Assembly: GCA_012295275.1 (NCBI GenBank)
Contig: CM022669.1
Span: 17,608,001-17,672,000 of the forward strand
Direction: 5' to 3'
DNA from: Chrysomallon squamiferum
Taxonomy: Eukaryota; Animalia; Mollusca
DNA: 64,000 nucleotides
The notes under the pieces were generated by a model that saw only the letters and a program-made list of their open reading frames with translations, had not been told where the DNA came from and ran no database searches. Positions 34,301-46,570 of the stretch are shown here, one piece after another. A program made the position numbers and the translations under genes. The first letter of the stretch is position 1; every line of letters starts with the position of its first letter.

Positions 34301-35428
34301 TTCTATTCACTCCATGCAAAATCACTGTTTAATTACAAACTATACAATAACTGTATAAGTATATTTAAAATATAGCCATTTCAGTTTGTTTGGTGTATGT
34401 ATGTATCTGTCAACATAGATATGTATTAATGTTCACTGCCATAATTTATGATTCATAAATTATGAGAGCTATATATATTTTTAATGATTATTTCTGAGGG
34501 CTTTTAAAGAGTAAGTAATATTCCATATGGTTTTTCTTTTTATATGTAATGTAAGTGGGTTTTAAATCTCTAATTTAATATAAATAGCCTAAATGGTTTA
34601 TTGAAAATCTGGGTTAAAAAAAAGAAAAAAAAAGAATAATATATGAGCTTATATTTTATTTTAATTTTTATAATTTTTGTAATTTTAATTTTTTTTGTAA
34701 TTTTTTTTTTTTAAATTCGGTGTAAAGAGTTTCAAGAGACTGTGAAATAATGGACTTTAATTTTTTTTTTTTCTTTTTTTTTCTTTGTTATTGTAAAATA
34801 TTGTGTGTCATGTGGAAGGGTGTTGGCATTGTCTGCAGAGTAACAACAACAGTGTGCAGCTTCCTCTTACACTGTAGGCTGTTGTGTTGAAATAGGCAGT
34901 GAGTCATTCAGGGAGGCTGAGATGGGGGCCAAGTCAGCAGCGTGTACGCTTGTGTAATATTATCACATGAATGAGGATGGCTGTTTGTATGTGTGTACAC
35001 ATTCTCACAGTTTGTTCTTCAGCCTTGCATGTGTTACTGCTCCATCCCTGTTCCCTTCTTGTTTATTTTAGTCACTTCTCATTGTGTCTTACTCATTCTA
35101 CATGCTCTGCAGAAACCTCCTGCTTCTTACATTGAGGCAGATTTTCTTTCCTTCATTTTTTTGTTTATTTTCTGAAGCTTTTCGAGCCCTTTTGTTTTGC
35201 TTCTTTAAAATATTTCCTTTTCCAGAATTAAAAAAAAAAAAAAAAGATCTGCAGCTAGGAAAATTTCAGATTTGTTTTATTTTTTTAAAAACACAATATA
35301 ACAAAGACATTTAAAAAAAAAAAAGTAGCTTTTTTCTGTGGAATTAGCAAGAGAAAATTGTACTTTGCTTTCATAGTGACCTCTTATTTTGTCAGTGTTA
35401 GTAAATTACCATGGTTACTAATGGACAG

Positions 35429-35464
<36 letters not shown>

Positions 35465-38400
35465 GCCTTTTTAAAAAAAAAATTTAATACTGTTAATGTG
35501 TATTCTATATTATAAAATACCTTTTGACCATGGCTAGTACATAGAAGCTTTTACCTAAATCTGTACCAAAACATTTTTTAGTTAAAATTATTTTTAAAAA
35601 GTGCAAGGTTTAAAAAATCTGTTTGTCACCAGTAATTATGATTGATTATGAATTATTAATAGATATATTTAGTACTTAGTACAGCTGATCCATAAACATT
35701 GATTAATTATAGTAATTGACTTTAATAATATAAATACCAAAAAACTATGTTAGCAGTTTGTTGTATTCTGTATTCAGATTCTTAATTTCACTTTTTATTA
35801 GTAATAAATAAGTTTTCTTATTGTTATTTAGAGAAATAAAATGGAAATCCAAGAAAATTACAAAATAAAATGAAAAAGAAATTATTGGGGGAAATAAATA
35901 ATTAGAACTGTTTTGATGAATCACTAGGTTATTTTAATTTTTGCTAAATTTATTTATGTTTAAAATGTTGCTTAAAACATGGATTTCTTAATTATAATTT
36001 ATAGCAAAATATTTGTACTGAAAAATAATGTAAGAATTTTTTTTTTTTTTTTAAACTGATTTTAGTGGGACATTTTTGTTTGTTTTTTGTGTTTTACTTT
36101 GTTTTTACTGATACCAAACTGAAACTCAACCTGTAATCAAATGCATTGTTCATGTTTGAAACCTTCTCAATTCACAGAATCTTTGTCTCAAGTACATTAT
36201 CCCAGTAATTGTGCTGTCGCTTTCAGAACCCTTTTCCATTTGATTTAGTTATTTTAAATTATGCCGTTATATCACATTCACATGACTAAGCTCCATCAAT
36301 ATCCAATTTTCCCGTTTCGAACACAGCTTTTACTCAAGAGATCGCTGCAGATTTCTTCTGGGTCAGCTCGACTTAATGTCATTATCAATGTCTGACACAA
36401 GAGGGACCCGCCAGGTTAAAATATTCTGCAAGTTTTTCACTGCAGAATAATGCTATGCTCCATTTGAGATTTCCATTGTTTAGTGTGGGTGAAAATTACA
36501 CTTCGTTCATTGGCAAAAGTGCTGGTTAAATGAATGTTGTTTGAACAGAATCTAATTCAAAATTATAATGTACGTTCATTTTCAGATAAAATAAATTTAT
36601 TACTATGAGAATGAGATTTGGTTAAATTATTGTAATTTTTTAGAATTTCGGCTTTTATTAATTTTTTTCTCAAATTCTGAAAGGTTTCTCTTGTAGCAGA
36701 TTAATTTTGTCTGTGTAACTGTCATTTATTTCAATGAATCATATTAGAATTATTTGCAACATGGTATCTTAAATTTTGATTAGTGTTCATATATATACAT
36801 ATATATGAACACATACAAGATTTATTTAGCAAAATTGATTTTTATTCTTTCTTTCTGAGTAAGAAAATAAAATAACTAAATGATCAAGAAAACAGAAGAC
36901 AAAAAGATCATTGGTTACTAGTATAATGTTTCAAAAATGGTATCTATGTAAATAAGTGCTTTTTGCTAATTGATCAATTTTCTTCTGTTTAAACATTTGG
37001 TTAGAAACGTAATGTGTTAGCTCTTTGCTTTAAAAATATTGTATTTCAACATTAATTATTTCATAATTTTATCGATAAGCAGTACAAACTAATACAGCTT
37101 CTGGTATTCTGTATATTGATTTATTAATACACTAATATGTTGCTTTACCTCTCAGCTGAATAATTGAATGCTAATATACTGTTACAGTTCAGTTTTTATG
37201 TTTTCTTAACACTAATAATTTTTCTGTTATTTCATTTATTGTTTTGACAGGTTTTAATAACTAATACAATAAACATATTAGCGTTATTAAATTTCTTTTT
37301 AAATAATTTTTTTTTTTAATACTCTGATTGTACTTAACAGATCAGCTTTCCAGTTATTTGAACTGTATTTTTCTCTATGTTCTGTGATTAAGTGTGTATA
37401 TTTTTAACATATTTTTCTTGTTGTTTTTTTTTTGTTTGTTTTTTTTCTCACCTTTTCTTTTGATTTAGACTTACGTTTAAATTTTGATTTCATATTAATA
37501 GTGACCATTTTTGAATCAAGACTAATCTTTTATATCTGACTCAAAAGAAGTGTTTTTTGGGTGGGTTTTTTTCTTAATACTTGTTAAACAGTCATTCATT
37601 TATTCTAAAAATACTTAGTTGCAATGATATTTAGCCACTGATAACACTGCTAACTCAAAAATTGTACATGTACACATACACTCATATATACTGGGTATTC
37701 TTTTAAAAAAAAATTATATTAATTATATTATAAGTAAGTAAACAGTTCAAATTAGGGTAATATCTTTGTCATAAACTATTTTCTTAGGGATGTTTTATTT
37801 TTGGATTTACTTCATAAAGTAATAAAAAGACTGCACGATTCAGTTCCCATGGGTATAACATTTTTATTTCAAGTTCATGTGGAATTAACAAGGGCTACCA
37901 ACCTTAAATTGCTTGTTAAATTAATTTGTTAATGTTATGCATGAAGATTTCATCTCGTGTGGTGACAAATTGAAAAATTAATTTGTTTTTATCACAACCC
38001 TCAGCCATTGCTTAAAAATTGTAATTGTTTTAGCACTGTTAAGATTGTAGCTGTTGTTCACTTTTAGGATTTAGTGATTATCATACTAAAACAATAAACA
38101 ATAAGAATTTTGAGTTTTAATCTGCCCTGTGAACATTTGTAATCAACAAATTGACTAAATCTGCTGATCAATAACAAAGCCACTTTTGTAATTTTAACCA
38201 GCTGAATGGTTTCCGTGGTTACCAACTGTCTAGACACCATCCTAAGGGTTCCTTGGAGATGGAACAATCGATTGGATATTATTGTTCCATGCATGTCACA
38301 CTTCAACTGTTCTGTTTGGCCACAAAACATGATTGCATATCTTAGGGCACTCCTAGGGTAATTCTGTTTATTTCAAGTAGGTGAATGGCGTAATGGTTCA

Positions 38401-38852
38401 TTATGTTGCTCAAATTAATTGGTTCCTTTTAAGACCATTGCAAACAAGCCACATTCAGGAATTTGTCATTTCAGAAATGATACAGACAAAGGTTAGGAAT
38501 TACTGCATATGTAATAAACATTGTTTACCCAAACAAGCAGATTTATTTATTTTGTAATCATGTTTTACAGAATGTTATAGATATTTCTGTGAATGGGTAC
38601 TGGACTGGATACAGTAAATATTTGATATGTGATACATATGTAATATTTTCCACACCAGTGATTGATTTTACTATTTATCAAACACCATATTTGTACCATT
38701 TAACTAAATGGTCAATGTTGCAGTTTATTTTCCTAATTTCATTTTGATGTCTAAAGGTTTGTCATTGTCTGCTCCCAATCCCCTCAGAATATCATAAAAT
38801 AAAATATAAATAAATTAACTATTAATTTTTATACAGTGCATAAATTCTAATG

Positions 38853-38857
<5 letters not shown>

Positions 38858-38902
<45 letters not shown>
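38858..38902. repeat. (CA)n microsatellite
   Basis: Direct reading. Confidence 0.97.
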
Positions 38903-38903
<1 letters not shown>

Positions 38904-39278
38904 TACATTTAGTATAATGAACAAGAAAAAAAAGTCTGTAACATATACATCAACATGAAGGTGTGGTTATGGTGAAAAATGGTCTAATAATATGTACATG
39001 TAGGTGAGGTATGTGTGTTTTACATTCTCAAATGGCAGTAATGTTTTCCATATTTTCATACTCTGCCTGGGCCCACATTAAGAGAAACTCACTTGAAGCC
39101 TGCTAATGTTTACATCAGATGTTGCTTGTGTTCCTCACTGTAAACTCAGGGACAGGAAATAATTATTTGTGTCAGTTCCCTTGTTTAGAATTTATTGTCT
39201 AACCGTCTACAATATTGTTTGAGCATTTTGTTTGTGTCTTTTGTGAAAAAACCCCATCTTGAATTGTTGTGTTGGTAA

Positions 39279-39316
<38 letters not shown>

Positions 39317-42300
39317 TCATTGATTGATTGAATGTTTTTGTGCATCTTTAATATTAATAAGGAACACATTTTTTAAAATTCAGCAATCTATGTTATCTTT
39401 CTCTCAATTTTTCAATGTCTCCAGATTCTCTGCATATTTTTTGTATATGTCCTTCTGATTTTTTTTTTTTTATGTTTTACTGTCTTGGATATAGGTCTCT
39501 GTATTTCTTTCTTTTTCTCCATTTATTTGACTTTCTCTAAAGCTTGTTTGTGGTTCTGTCTCATTTTTCTCAGTATTTCTTTCTTTTCTGTATTATTTCT
39601 GTCTGCATTCTTTTATTTCTTTCTCTAACTCCATTTCTCTCATAGAAACTATATGATTATTTCAGCTAGGCTCCAGATATTTCAGGAATGTGTTTGGCAA
39701 GAATGTCCTAAATTGCTGTCTGGGAAATATTCTTTATTTATCACTAAATAAACTGTGTGGACTACTGTGTATGTTTCATTTTGGTAAACAACAAAGATGC
39801 TAATCTGAACAAGTATCATGAATACAGATTAAAGCTGTCATGTAATCTACTGTTAATCTGGATAATCTTCCAAATCTTTGATTTTTTCATGCTCTTTTAC
39901 TAGTGCATAAAAAAAAGAAGAAACATAATCTCAGACAATTGAAAAATGACATTCATCTTCACATGTGCACAAAATGAAACTAGTCAGACATAAAAATTAG
40001 ATACTTGGTAATGTCTGTTTGTAAGAAGTAGATTTAGATTAAGATTATTACTATTATATTTAGATATACCATCAATTATTTAAAAGGATAAACAAAATAC
40101 ATCCTTTTTTAAAATGAAGATAACACATTAAAATAAAATGGAATCATTGCATTAATAGCCATCTTTCATATAAAATAAATAATGAATCTTCCATGTAATA
40201 AATATAGTTAGTTTTTTATGTATTTCAATCGTACTTTAATTATGCATTGATCCATTAAAAAAAAAATACAGCCAAAATACATTTTTAAATTCAGAAAAAT
40301 AAATAAACGGAAAACATATTTATGTGTTTATTCCAGTCTGGACATTTTCAGGAGCTACCTGCTTTTTGTGTACTTTTACAAGAGGATCTGAATTTGGTCA
40401 ATACTGGCATTATCTGTGAGCAAATATTCTCACAATTTAAAACAAATGTTTGTGTTCCCGTCTGGACTATCGAGTTTGCTGACTACTAACACCAGACCCA
40501 GCTTCTTCCATCGACCTTGAGGTCCTCACTGATATTTTAAGCTCTGCAGTCAAATGTTTGCCATTTTGTCCTTCTAGTGCAAATAACTTGTTAGCGCTAG
40601 AAATTATGTGCAAAATCTTACCAAGTTTTTAAACCTGTGTTTACACAAGTTTTACCAAGAAAATATTTCTGCAAATCCACATAAACGGAAAATAAGTGAC
40701 ACAGCAAATAGTAATTTAAGGATAGAAATTTTTATCATGCATTGGTAATAATCTTTGTTCATGTCAGATACAAGTTTTCATTTGTTTGCAAATTGTGACA
40801 GTTTTAATGAGAGCATATTGTAATGAATCAAATTTAAAAGCATGAAATGTTTCCTCGTTAAATTATTATCTTGGATAAATTGTTACATTTGTACACACAC
40901 ATATATGCACCATAAGGACAATTTTGCAATAAATTGTAACTTATACCAAGTAGACTTAAGCAATAGGATAACTGATCATTAACATGAATCAGTTTGCCAT
41001 AATATACTGAAAAATACATTCCAAGAAAAATTATTCTAACTCTTACAGTTCTGTAATAGAAGGTATTGCTTTAGTGTTATGTGTCCAAGATGTGTCAGAG
41101 ATGGACATGCTTCACTACAGCTTGCACTGACCAGTAGATTGAAACTCTGCAAACCTACTGAACCTATTACCATTGAGCAGAGAGCCAGATCAAACAAGAT
41201 GAGTTTGTGATGAGGAGGTAAACAGCCTGTATCAGGATTCATTGGCCCTCAGGGCATCTCAGGTCAAAGGTCAGCCCTTATCGGCAAAGTGGTTCTGCCA
41301 ATTGAAGCAGACTCATGCTGGGGTAACTGGTGTGTGTTCAATACCTCGTGAAAGATGGTTAATCAGGTATGCATTACTCACAAGTGTATTAAAGCAGGTG
41401 ATAACAAGAGTTAAGATATTGGTAGTACTTTAAAATATTAGCACAAAACCCATTTTGTAATTTGAAAGAAGCACTTAAATATATGTTAATCTGTTTATTA
41501 CAGTTAGAGACCGTTAATTAATTGATACCTGATTATCCAAGAGGAAGGAAGTTATGGAAATTAGTTGAGAAATTGGTGCCATTTTGAATAAAAATCACAT
41601 ATTTTATAATCTAATTTAAAAGGAGGACTATAATTAAGTGTTAATGGTATTATTAACTGATCTGCTTTGTGGACACATGCAAAATAAGTATTATCTTTGA
41701 AGTTAAAATCCCTCTTTCTTTAAAACCTTGATTTAACAGTGTTTGTGAGTACTATTATTATTTTATCACACAATTATTGATCTTTTAATCATTGTTAATT
41801 AGTTGACTGTAAGAACAGGAATTAAGATTTAAAAAAAATAAAGGAAAAAAGAAGCTGATGACATTTTGTGACCTTATCTCTTTAATAGTCTGTTTTAAAT
41901 GTGCAGTGTTTACTTGACATTTTAAACAGTTAATGTTGTTATTAAGTACATCTTATTACAATAATCAGTAACATTTTTAAAACAGACAGCAAAACGCTGT
42001 ATCAGTCATCATTATTTATTGATGCGATTGTCAGGATGGACGAGAAAACTGGAAAAGGAGTTTTGTGGAAGTATTAATAATGATTTAAAATGTTCACGCA
42101 CCATTAACATACCAAGATGTCATTTGCTGCCACTCAACTGGCTAACAGCCTTGGCAGTAATGGCTGCACATGCTGTTACCAATACAGTCCAGTTCAGTGA
42201 GTCCCTGCTAGATGCAAGCAAGCTGCTATCCCCTTGAAGTAAGTGTATATTGGCAATCAGGCAGCTCTGGACCAGTAATGGCTTCCTCTTAAGACATGAT

Positions 42301-43081
42301 TGCAAAGAAAAGTGCTGACTGTAAAGAAAATATCTTGTTCAGTGTGTCATTTAAGTTAACACTACTTCTTCGTTTGTACAGAGTGTAGTCCTGGCATTTA
42401 TGTAATTTGTAAGTGTCTGTATGAAACAGTTTAATAACTAGACTATTTTGTATTGTTTAAATTAAAAAATTAAAAATTATGAATTGTTTATATTGGTAAA
42501 AAAAAAAAAAAAAAAAAAAAAAATTATCCAGTTATAACTAAAACCAAAAAATATTGTAATTATGCAGTGGTGTCAGAAAAAATCCTATTTTTCATTCATA
42601 TAGTCAGTCATATATCATGTAGTCTCTTTTCTGCTATTAAAACATTTGATTTCATTTTATAATTTAATAGCTAAACAGCTTTGCACTTTACCCTTATCAT
42701 TTTTATTCATCTACTATCAATAATTTAACAATGAAATCTGAAGCACCAGCTTCTTCAGTTCAACAGAATTTTGTTTTTGTTATTATTATTATTTATTTTT
42801 TATGAGTTATAAAATATATTCATTTTTAACTTCATGTGAGGCTTTTTTCTGGCTCCCCCTTTCCCCTTACATGTGCTAAAAACAAAATCGCAAAAGAAAG
42901 ATTCTGTAATCTGACCTCTGCTTAGTCATGTTTTGTGTTGGCAGTTGTTTTTGACATTAAGCTGCATGTTACAGAACATTAACCATTTAGCTCTTGCAAC
43001 CAGAGCTATGGAACAGTTGATGTCATTTTAGGCTGTTAGTTCAATCGATTCCTATCTTATGTGTGTCTGATACCCAAGATA

Positions 43082-44165
43082 GGATCAGAAAAATTGGTCC
43101 TTGTATTACACCAATCAGTAATAATGTCAAGCTAATGGTGATTCAGCTTCTGAACATCTCACCTGATCTTGAATTTGTATAATTAAAGTGGATATTGTTG
43201 TCTTAAAATACAAAAAGAAAAACAAGATTTAGTCAAATTGGTTGTCACGTAACACAAGTCAGTAATAATGCTGACCTAATGGTGATTCAGATTCTGAATA
43301 TCTCATTATCTTTTATCTTTATGATTAAACAGTTAATGTAAATTTCGTTGACTCAAAACTAAAGTGGAACAAAAAATTTAAAAATACGAGTTAAAAATCC
43401 TGCATGATGATTCAGTTGTTCTTCATCTCACATGAAAACAGTTTGTAAAATTATCATTTTCTAAAGTAATAACACTACATTAGTGTTGATTTCATCTTCC
43501 ACAACTCTGACCTTGAAACTAAACATGTATAATTAAAATAATATGTTGTTTCAAAACTGTAAACAGAAATAAAAAACCTACACCAGACAAGTTAAATTAC
43601 ACTCGTTTAAGAGCTGCTGATGATTCATCTTCAGTACCTCTCACCTGAGATTTTGTTTATGTACGTAAACCAGAACTTGTAGTTTCAAAACCGTAAACTG
43701 GAGAAGAAAAAAAAGTATTGAAAAAAAAAAAAAAAAAAAAAAACCCACTGAACAGCAAGTTATATGGATCACAAAAATTGGTCATAATATTACACTGTAG
43801 TAAGAATTAATGATGAATCATCTTCTTTGCCTTTAAGCTGAAATTTTCCGTATGTAATTAAACCAGAATTTTGCATTAAAAAAAAAAAACAGAGAGAGAA
43901 ATACCACACTGAAAACGCGAATCAGTAAAATTGATCATCATAATTATTACACATTAATAACAGTTAACGATGATTCATCTTTTTACCTCTTGCCTGATCT
44001 TTTGCTTTTGTAATTAAACTAGAACTCAAAAGGTAAAGAAAATAAAGTTGTTGGAAAAGCCAAGAAAGGATCAGTGAAATTTATCTTACTTCAATTAGTA
44101 ATCTTACACAACTAATAATGACACTGCTTAAAATAGAACATAATACCTGTTTTCTCCTGATTTAG
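43082..44165. repeat. Old degenerate tandem array, ~140-160-bp units, about 7-8 copies
   Basis: Recurrent ggatca..aaaattggtc...attacac...tgatgattcatcttc...ctcacctgat...taattaaa. Confidence 0.8.
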
Positions 44166-45272
44166 AATGGGTAATTTTTTTCGTGCTGTGTTAGATAATT
44201 ATTGAAGCACGTTTTTTTGTGGAGTGGACACTTTAACTTAGCCAGATAGTTTATATTCAGACAGTACTTGAATTTTATAAACTGTCTTGAGATATATATA
44301 TATATATAATCCTAACTATATTTCTTTTTTAAAAATATTTGATTGTTTTTTGTTTTTGTTTTTAAATTTTAGATATAATTCTACCTTTTTGTATTTATTA
44401 TCTGTCTCTTTTTTAATTCTGAGTATGTTTCAGGCTGGCTTCTTTTTTTTCTCTCTTTTTTTTAATGACATAAAGGGGTATTTTTTCTTCACATTACACT
44501 TTGTTTAATTCTAAAATTTATATGTAATTCTGCTTTTATTATTTATTATTGTTATTATTTTTCTTATGCTGTGACATGTTTCAATCTGGACTTCTCTTTG
44601 TTTCATGACATAAGGATATGTTTTTAATTTTTTTTAAATTAATTTTTATCTAGAGCTGATAATATGTACCTCCAAACAAACTTGTAGCAGCTTGTTTTGC
44701 CTGGTGCAACATGAATGAAAGCATTTAGCGAACAAAACACTCCAGGGAGCATATACAAAACTTGTTTTTTTTTTTTTTTTTTTTTGCTTAAGTAACAATA
44801 TTGATACATATACACTATGGTCCTGTACACCATCTTCATAATCTGACCTCACTGAACTTCAGAAAAGAAAGGATAAAAATAAAGAAGATTATATATTATT
44901 GTGTCAGCAGCATATTTTCTTTAATTTTTTTGCTTAGCTAGCCTACCCACCATCTAAAAGAAAAAGGTTAAGATAATATATAAGTACATGCAGATATTCA
45001 TTCATGTTAATATTCAATATTAATAAATACAAATATATTTTAAAACTATTTAAGCATTGATTTTCTAACCCCCCACCATTGATTATTAATTTTTCTTTGA
45101 TTCTGAGAATAATGCCAAATACTACTAGTGATGTTTGGTATAAACAGAATTTTATACATAACATTGTTAGTTGCCAGTGCAAGAGTTTAAAAAAGCATTC
45201 TAGAAATATTTGTATTCTTTCCAATATTGTTGAGGAAAGTAAGCCAGAATTTACAAATAAAAATATAATTGA

Positions 45273-45281
<9 letters not shown>

Positions 45282-45320
<39 letters not shown>

Positions 45321-45356
45321 TGATAGTGATAGTGATAGTGATAGTGAGTGAGTGAG
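45282..45356. repeat. Compound microsatellite (GA)n(GATAGT)n(GAGT)n
   Basis: Direct reading. Confidence 0.97.
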
Positions 45357-45359
45357 GTT

Positions 45360-45440
45360 TGGCTATTGTTCAGTAATAAAACATTGACCTGAAGCATAAT
45401 TGGTTGTAGGATCGAAGCAACTTTGGAGCTCAGCCAAGGA
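45360..45440 (+). mobile_element. Possible degenerate SINE head next to a microsatellite
   Basis: gttcagtaataaaac...cctgaagc...ggttgtaggatcgaagc resembles decayed A-box/B-box spacing. Confidence 0.3.
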
Positions 45441-46134
45441 CATAGTATATATTTTTATGTTTAAGATCAAGTGAATTCCATGTAACCTTTGCTTTTTCAC
45501 AGATTTAAAATATGTTGCATGTTTTTTTTCTAAATAAAGCCTTTATTTCTACCTTTACACCAACACAAGTAAAATGAAATAAAAATAAGCTTTATTACAG
45601 GTTAGTGATAAAAACGATATAAAGTGAATTTTGACACGTCCCCTGCTGTTACATACACAGTGTATATCATCTGGTTGACTCACAGACTATCCTGACCCAT
45701 TCATATCTTTAGCATATACATATACCTACTGCATGAAAGCAGTGACAGCTGAAACTAATGGCTGAGGTTGGTCCCTGGCCAATTGACTCATTGTCATATT
45801 TGTAGCATAAGAAACACATTTTTTTTTTTATGTTTTAAATATTCTTTAGTAGATATGGAAGTCCATACAGATGTCTTATCCATGATAATAAAAGTGTATG
45901 ACTCATGTTTCCGTTTTATGTATTTGTATGTGATGATGTTCATGTAGGTCACATTAAAAATATATTTTTTTGAAAAAGCTTATCCATTACATTTATCATT
46001 TTGTAGTCAGTATGATCAATTATCAGTATTATCTTCTTTCTTTTTTTTTTTCTTTTTTTTTCTGTAACATGTCTTGGTATTGCATAAATTGAAATATGTC
46101 ATAGTGACCTAATATCAGTTTTATAAAATGTATT

Positions 46135-46570
46135 TTAATGGTGCCCAGATTAATCTATTTTTATTTTGATACAGTTCTGAAATAATATAAAATAATGTAT
46201 ACTGAAATACGTTGATGACGTAATATGCATTTAAATGTTTATATAGTCTTAATGGTGCCCAACTTTATTTGTATTTTGTTATTGTTCTATTTACAGCTTT
46301 GAATGCATCTATAAATTCTTTAAAATAAGTAATGTCGATGAAAATGTTTCAGTATTTACCTAATATGAATTTAAATACTTATTTTTTGTTAGTGGTGTCC
46401 AATATTATTTGTGTTTTGGAACTGTTCAGAGTTTTGAATTCATTTATAAATTGCTTACTAGTAATGTATATTAAAATGTGCCAATAACATGAATTTAAAT
46501 AATAATATATTGTTAAGTATCCAAGTTTGTTTGTGTTTTGGTACTATTCACATGCAGCTCTTGAATTCTT
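46135..46570. repeat. Degenerate tandem array, ~120-135-bp units x4
   Basis: Recurrent taatggtgccca...tttgtgttttgg...ttgaat...taatatgaatttaaat. Confidence 0.75.

Noticed and set aside
34440-34464. 25-bp AT-rich palindrome (similar one at 36783-36812)
   Set aside because: Almost entirely A/T or built on (AT)n; expected by chance or slippage at this composition.
41036-42305. Nested protein-coding gene from ORFs at 41036-41433 and 42019-42305
   Set aside because: Short ORFs with no recognisable domain, overlapping on opposite strands, and no coherent exon chain; better explained as GC-richer non-coding islands.
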